In this document: positions 60,265 through 64,000 of the stretch, piece by piece
Layout of the letters: every line of letters starts with the position of its first letter
Position numbering within the stretch: the first letter of the stretch is position 1
Source: Vulcanimicrobiota bacterium
GTDB lineage: Bacteria > Vulcanimicrobiota > Xenobia > Xenobiales > JADMJV01
Reading direction: 5' to 3'
DNA length: 64,000 bases
Assembly: GCA_050250895.1 (NCBI GenBank)
Contig: JBFWNU010000001.1
Location: 1,774,884-1,838,883 of the forward strand
Made by a program: the position numbers and the translations under genes
Notes under the pieces: generated by a model
What the model was told of the DNA's origin: nothing
The model's database searches: none
What the model saw: the letters and a program-made list of their open reading frames with translations, nothing else

Positions 60265-60872
60265 GGCCATAGCTCACCTCCGTCGGTGTCGCGCAGTTCG
60301 ATGGCCTGACGCTCGAGTCCACTGCCTTTTTCGACCAGGGCTAGCACCAGGTCGACGCGAGTCTGGTCGAGCGGCTGGGTCAGCTGGATCAGGACGGAGA
60401 CTTTTTGCTCATCGAGCAAGACCCAGGCGTCTTCGACGCCCTCTACCCCGCGCACGGCCTGGACCAGTTCGCCCTCACTCACCAGTCGATCCCAAAGGGG
60501 TTTTTGGCTCTCGCTGAGCGGAGCCCAGCCTTGCTGTTGAGGTCGCGAGTCTTTGTCGAGGAGCCGGTGAACCGGAAGGTGCACCAGAGCGAGCTGAGCT
60601 CGGATCTGGGCTTGCTGGTCGGGAGCTACTCGCAGATTGCGAGTGGTCTCGTCGAAGACATAACGATAGCCGAGTTCGTCGAGTCTGGCCATTACCTGGT
60701 GGAGATCGGACTCGTTGAGTTGATAGGGGAACAGGTCGATGAAGTGTCGAGTGGAGTTGAGATGGATCGCTGCCGCGATCGCCAACGGGCATAGCAGAGC
60801 TATGGCCCATTTGGGCACGTAAAAGCGCAAAGCACTACTCCCTTTCTTGCCCCTTGAACCAATAGCCGCCAC
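60261..60872 (-). CDS. Stand-alone YscJ/FliF ring-building (RBM1-RBM2) domain protein
   Basis: TM, L...L...D...V...L......Y, V........RAQLA...LP, EGEL...V....GVEDA.V, SVLIQL, LV.....GL....I...D..G. Confidence 0.7.
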   Translation of the reverse strand: MAAIGSRGKKGSSALRFYVPKWAIALLCPLAIAAAIHLNSTRHFIDLFPYQLNESDLHQVMARLDELGYRYVFDETTRNLRVAPDQQAQIRAQLALVHLPVHRLLDKDSRPQQQGWAPLSESQKPLWDRLVSEGELVQAVRGVEGVEDAWVLLDEQKVSVLIQLTQPLDQTRVDLVLALVEKGSGLERQAIELRDTDGGELWP

Positions 60873-61055
60873 AGCTGTCCAAAAGGCACGGTGAACCCTC
60901 GGGCCGGTCCCGTTGTCATGTTTCAGACCGGCACATGTTCAGGGTAGTTTCCGCGTATTACGTTTTTATTGTCGAGATGCTACAGAAATGTTACAAGCTT
61001 GGACAGGGAGGGCTCGCTTTGCTCGCGAGAGGAGTTCTCGCTGCGCTCGAGGGAT

Positions 61056-61129
61056 GTCGGTTGCTACCGCTCCCTCCGAGAAAAGACGTCTACGGCGTCA
61101 GCCGCGCTCCCTGTCGGCCGCAAGGCCGA
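61056..61129 (-). repeat. REP/MITE-like intergenic repeat, copy 2
   Basis: Inverted copy of 57695-57767 with a few substitutions and indels. Confidence 0.85.
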
Positions 61130-61171
61130 GGTCTCAGCCAAGGCTGCTCCCTGTCGACGCGCAGCGTCGAC

Positions 61172-62596
61172 CTACAAGGGGTCGGGCCAGGTGGCCAGGA
61201 TTTTGACCACATGGTCTTCGAGTTCGATGGCGTTCCAGGTGCCCTCGATGTGGTTGACCAGCACCGAGAAGGCGATGGTCTGGCCGTAGGAGCTGACCAC
61301 GTAGCCTGACAATCCCGAGTGCCCTTTGAGGGTGCCGGTCTTGGCCCGAACCACCATGCCGTTGAGGCGGTAGCGCAGGGTGCCTTCGCCGCCGGCTGGC
61401 AGGCTGTCGATGTACTCTTGCCCCAGGGGGTGTTCCCACATGGCGCAGAGCACGTCGACCAACTGGCGGGGGCTGATCCGGTCGAGTTCGGACAGGCCGC
61501 TGCCGTCGTACATCTTCAGTCCGCGGGAGTCCATGCCGCGCTGCTCCAAGAACTGCTTGACGGCGGCTTCGCCCGATTCGGCGGTGCCATAGCCGGTCAG
61601 TTGGCGTCCGGCTGCCTTGAAGATGTGTTGGGCGAAGAGGTTGTCGCTTTCGCGATTGGTCTGGCGCACCAGCTTGATCAGCGGAGGAGAGCGAAACTGA
61701 GCGAAAACCGTGAGGCCGCTGAGGGGGGGGCGTTCGCCCTCGGGAAGCAGCTTCAACTTGCCGCGCACATCGATGCCGCCTTTCTCCAACATCTTGAGGA
61801 AGGCTCCTCCGGTGAAGCGGGTGGGGTTATAGATGGTCAGGCTGCGCTGCACTCCGCCGCTGGCGTCGCCTTCGACGGTGATGCGGTCTTCGCCGCGCTT
61901 GCGGTCGACCCAGACCGAACCGCCCCCCGGCCGGAGTTTGCTGCTAAAGGAGAGCGACGTGGTGGAAGGGTCGGTGCTGATGCCTTTGTTGCTGATGTTG
62001 AGCTGGACCAGATTGGCATTGAGCGAGAGGGCTCCTACCGGGGCCGCGTAGCTATCGAGTAGATAACGATCGAACCAGCCGCGCCCGAGAAACTCGCGGT
62101 CAAAAGCCGAATCGTCGGCGATGACGTCGCCATTCACCGCCTTCACTCCCAGCTTCTTGAGTTCGCGCACGAAGAACGAGAACGGTTCGGTGCAGGGCTG
62201 ATTGTAGGGGTAGCAAAAGGTGGGGTCGCCCGAGCCTCGCAAGATCAGGTCGCCAGGGATGACTCCCTGACCGTCGGGTTTAGGGCCGATCACGCGGGTC
62301 TCGAACCGATAGTCTTCGCCCAGCAAATCAAGGGCGACGGCGGTGGTCACCAGTTTGAGGTTCGAGGCCGGAATCATCGGCTCGTTGCCGTTCTGGTTAT
62401 AGAGCACGCGCCCGGTCTTGACCACCTTGATGTAGATGCCGACGTCAGCCTCTTCCAGGCCAGGGCGTGAACGCACCGCCTGATAGAGCTTCTGTTTGAG
62501 CTCGGCGGCCGAAGTGGGCGGCTGTGCGCCGGCCGGAAAAACGAGCATGATGGCGAACAGAAGCATCAGAGGAAGACGTATGGGGAACCTGGTCAT
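61172..62596 (-). CDS. dacB: D-Ala-D-Ala carboxypeptidase/endopeptidase PBP4 (peptidase S13)
   Basis: Signal peptide; SxxK (PASNLK), SDN, DGSGLS, KTG. Confidence 0.93.
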   Translation of the reverse strand: MTRFPIRLPLMLLFAIMLVFPAGAQPPTSAAELKQKLYQAVRSRPGLEEADVGIYIKVVKTGRVLYNQNGNEPMIPASNLKLVTTAVALDLLGEDYRFETRVIGPKPDGQGVIPGDLILRGSGDPTFCYPYNQPCTEPFSFFVRELKKLGVKAVNGDVIADDSAFDREFLGRGWFDRYLLDSYAAPVGALSLNANLVQLNISNKGISTDPSTTSLSFSSKLRPGGGSVWVDRKRGEDRITVEGDASGGVQRSLTIYNPTRFTGGAFLKMLEKGGIDVRGKLKLLPEGERPPLSGLTVFAQFRSPPLIKLVRQTNRESDNLFAQHIFKAAGRQLTGYGTAESGEAAVKQFLEQRGMDSRGLKMYDGSGLSELDRISPRQLVDVLCAMWEHPLGQEYIDSLPAGGEGTLRYRLNGMVVRAKTGTLKGHSGLSGYVVSSYGQTIAFSVLVNHIEGTWNAIELEDHVVKILATWPDPL

Positions 62597-62640
62597 AATG
62601 AATATTATTCAACTCCGCGACCGTTGGACCCCTCCCTGGC

Positions 62641-63525
62641 GTGGAACGATTTAAGCGATACGCCTCATATTTTCCCCGGATGCTCCAGGAATACATCGAA
62701 GACGATGGTCCCTTTCTGGCCGCGGGTATCGCTTTCTATGCCTTTTTCTCGCTGTTCCCGCTGGTCATGGTGTCGGTGGCCGTGTTGGGCCACTTCTGGA
62801 AGGGCGAGCAGGCGCTGGACTACACCCTGGCCCTGTCGGCGAACTTCTTGCCGGCTGATATGGTCTCGTTTTTGGGCAGCAGCCTGGCCGATGTGCTCGA
62901 GGACCGGCATACGCTGGGAGTCACCGGTGTTTTGATGTTGTTGTGGTCGGGTCGTCAGCTCTTTCGCGCCATGGAGTTGAGCTTGCACCGGGCCTGGGAC
63001 ATTCCCAACGAGCGCTCCTTCCTGACGGGAAATCTGCTGGCCATGACCCTCGTGCTGCTGTGCGGTGCGGTGGTTTTCACGGTGGGTTGGGCTTCGGCCG
63101 TGCTCAACTGGATCCATGTCATGCTGTTGCGGCTGCCGATTCAGAATATCGCAGGCATTTCGCTCGATCAGGCTAGCTTTTGGGTGTGGGTCCACTCCTG
63201 GATCGTGGTGCCGCTGGCCACCACCTTGATCTTCCTGCTGCTTTATGTGATTTTACCCAGCCGCCAGGTGCCGGTGATGCACGCCGTGCCAGGCGCTTTC
63301 TTCTCGGCGGTGGCCTGGAAGATCTCTTGCTGGATCTATCTCGAATTCATCGTCACCCTGGGCTCGCGCAACGCTCTTTATGGTTCGGTCTGGACCATCG
63401 TCGGCCTGATGGTCTGGCTCTATATCGAGGCCAGCGTATTCTTGTTGGGCGCCGAGCTGGTCTTCGTCATTTTGCGCACTAAGGGTGGTCGCAAGTCTTC
63501 TGGAACTCGCCCATCAAAGTCGTAG
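62641..63525 (+). CDS. YihY/virulence factor BrkB family membrane protein
   Basis: AAGIAFYAFFSLFPL, LYVILP, YGS....V.LMVWLY......L.GAEL. Confidence 0.9.
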   Translation: MERFKRYASYFPRMLQEYIEDDGPFLAAGIAFYAFFSLFPLVMVSVAVLGHFWKGEQALDYTLALSANFLPADMVSFLGSSLADVLEDRHTLGVTGVLMLLWSGRQLFRAMELSLHRAWDIPNERSFLTGNLLAMTLVLLCGAVVFTVGWASAVLNWIHVMLLRLPIQNIAGISLDQASFWVWVHSWIVVPLATTLIFLLLYVILPSRQVPVMHAVPGAFFSAVAWKISCWIYLEFIVTLGSRNALYGSVWTIVGLMVWLYIEASVFLLGAELVFVILRTKGGRKSSGTRPSKS

Positions 63526-64000
63526 CGTAGCTGCCGGCCGGCAAGCTGAATTCCAGAGTCAGGTCGCGGCCTTCGCACTGGTAGTGAAATTCGTCGAGCG
63601 GCAGGCGTTGGCGACGTCGGCTGCCGGGCGCCGAGACGCGGCGAAAGTCCTCCAGCTTGACCCCCTCCTGAGCCAGCAGTTCTTGCTCGAGGCGGTGGCT
63701 TTCGGCTGCGGCCGCGAACATCTTGTAGCCAAAGATCGGGCCGGCCGGAGAGACCTCGAAGCGGTCCAGCCGAGGTTGGTCGGCGGCCGGATCCGTTGAC
63801 ACGAACAACCCGCCCTGGGGCAGGTGGCCCAGCACGTCGCCCTCCAGCACCGTGGCGAATTGTCCGCGTTCGATCCTCTCGGCCAGAAGACGGTTGAAGA
63901 GGGCGGATTGATACGCGTTGACGAGCAATTCACGCTGGTTGCGTCGGGCCTTGCCGCGACCCAACACCAGCGACTTGCCTCGCTCGGCGTTATCGCCCTC
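63479..64000 (-). CDS. truD: tRNA pseudouridine(13) synthase, 3' part only (gene runs off the window)
   Basis: AYQSALFNRLL, GD, G.RR, FSLPAGSYATT. Confidence 0.88.
   Translation of the reverse strand, partial: EGDNAERGKSLVLGRGKARRNQRELLVNAYQSALFNRLLAERIERGQFATVLEGDVLGHLPQGGLFVSTDPAADQPRLDRFEVSPAGPIFGYKMFAAAAESHRLEQELLAQEGVKLEDFRRVSAPGSRRRQRLPLDEFHYQCEGRDLTLEFSLPAGSYATTLMGEFQKTCDHP

Noticed and set aside
60969-60996. TGCTACA/TGTTACA direct repeat with 11-bp spacing (OmpR/PhoB-like box), and similar repeats near 10810-10840
   Set aside because: Too short and degenerate to call without comparative data.
1-64000. Very frequent CTCGAG, GTCGAC and TCGA words
   Set aside because: Plausibly explained by CTC/GTC/ATC followed by GAG/GAC codon usage; enrichment cannot be shown without computation.

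Overview
GC-rich (~65%) bacterial chromosomal window with about 57 CDS, two tRNAs, no rRNA, no CRISPR array and no transposase or integrase. The gene style (rplU-prp, punA-pdp, pilin-like CKSNLKNxGTALEMY protein, stand-alone YscJ/FliF fragment) suggests a Terrabacteria lineage such as Vulcanimicrobiota/Eremiobacterota; this is inference only. Housekeeping genes: purB, purA, ppa, guaB, fadI/fadJ, paoABC-like molybdoenzyme, lspA, rplU, prp, ftsA, nrdR, punA, pdp, accB, dacB and a partial truD. Best candidates for something new: (1) a 4-gene operon (BesD/HalD-fold Fe/2OG hydroxylase, ALDH, BCCT transporter and a methylaspartate-ammonia-lyase homolog with a remodelled amine pocket) that may be an unknown quaternary-amine/onium catabolic pathway; (2) a HisRS paralog missing its ATP-binding residues and fused to a long Arg-Asp tail; (3) a PqqD/RRE domain fused to a twin-Arg leader and an 18-Cys core; (4) an H-NOX sensor coupled to a two-kinase, three-receiver, two-HPt protein; (5) an AGG-N18/19-GAA (SigH-like) promoter motif ahead of 11 genes, many apparently leaderless; (6) tRNA-Ile/tRNA-Ala outside an rRNA operon, rplU-prp without rpmA, and ftsA without ftsZ. 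All family calls come from motif recognition by eye; no searches were run.
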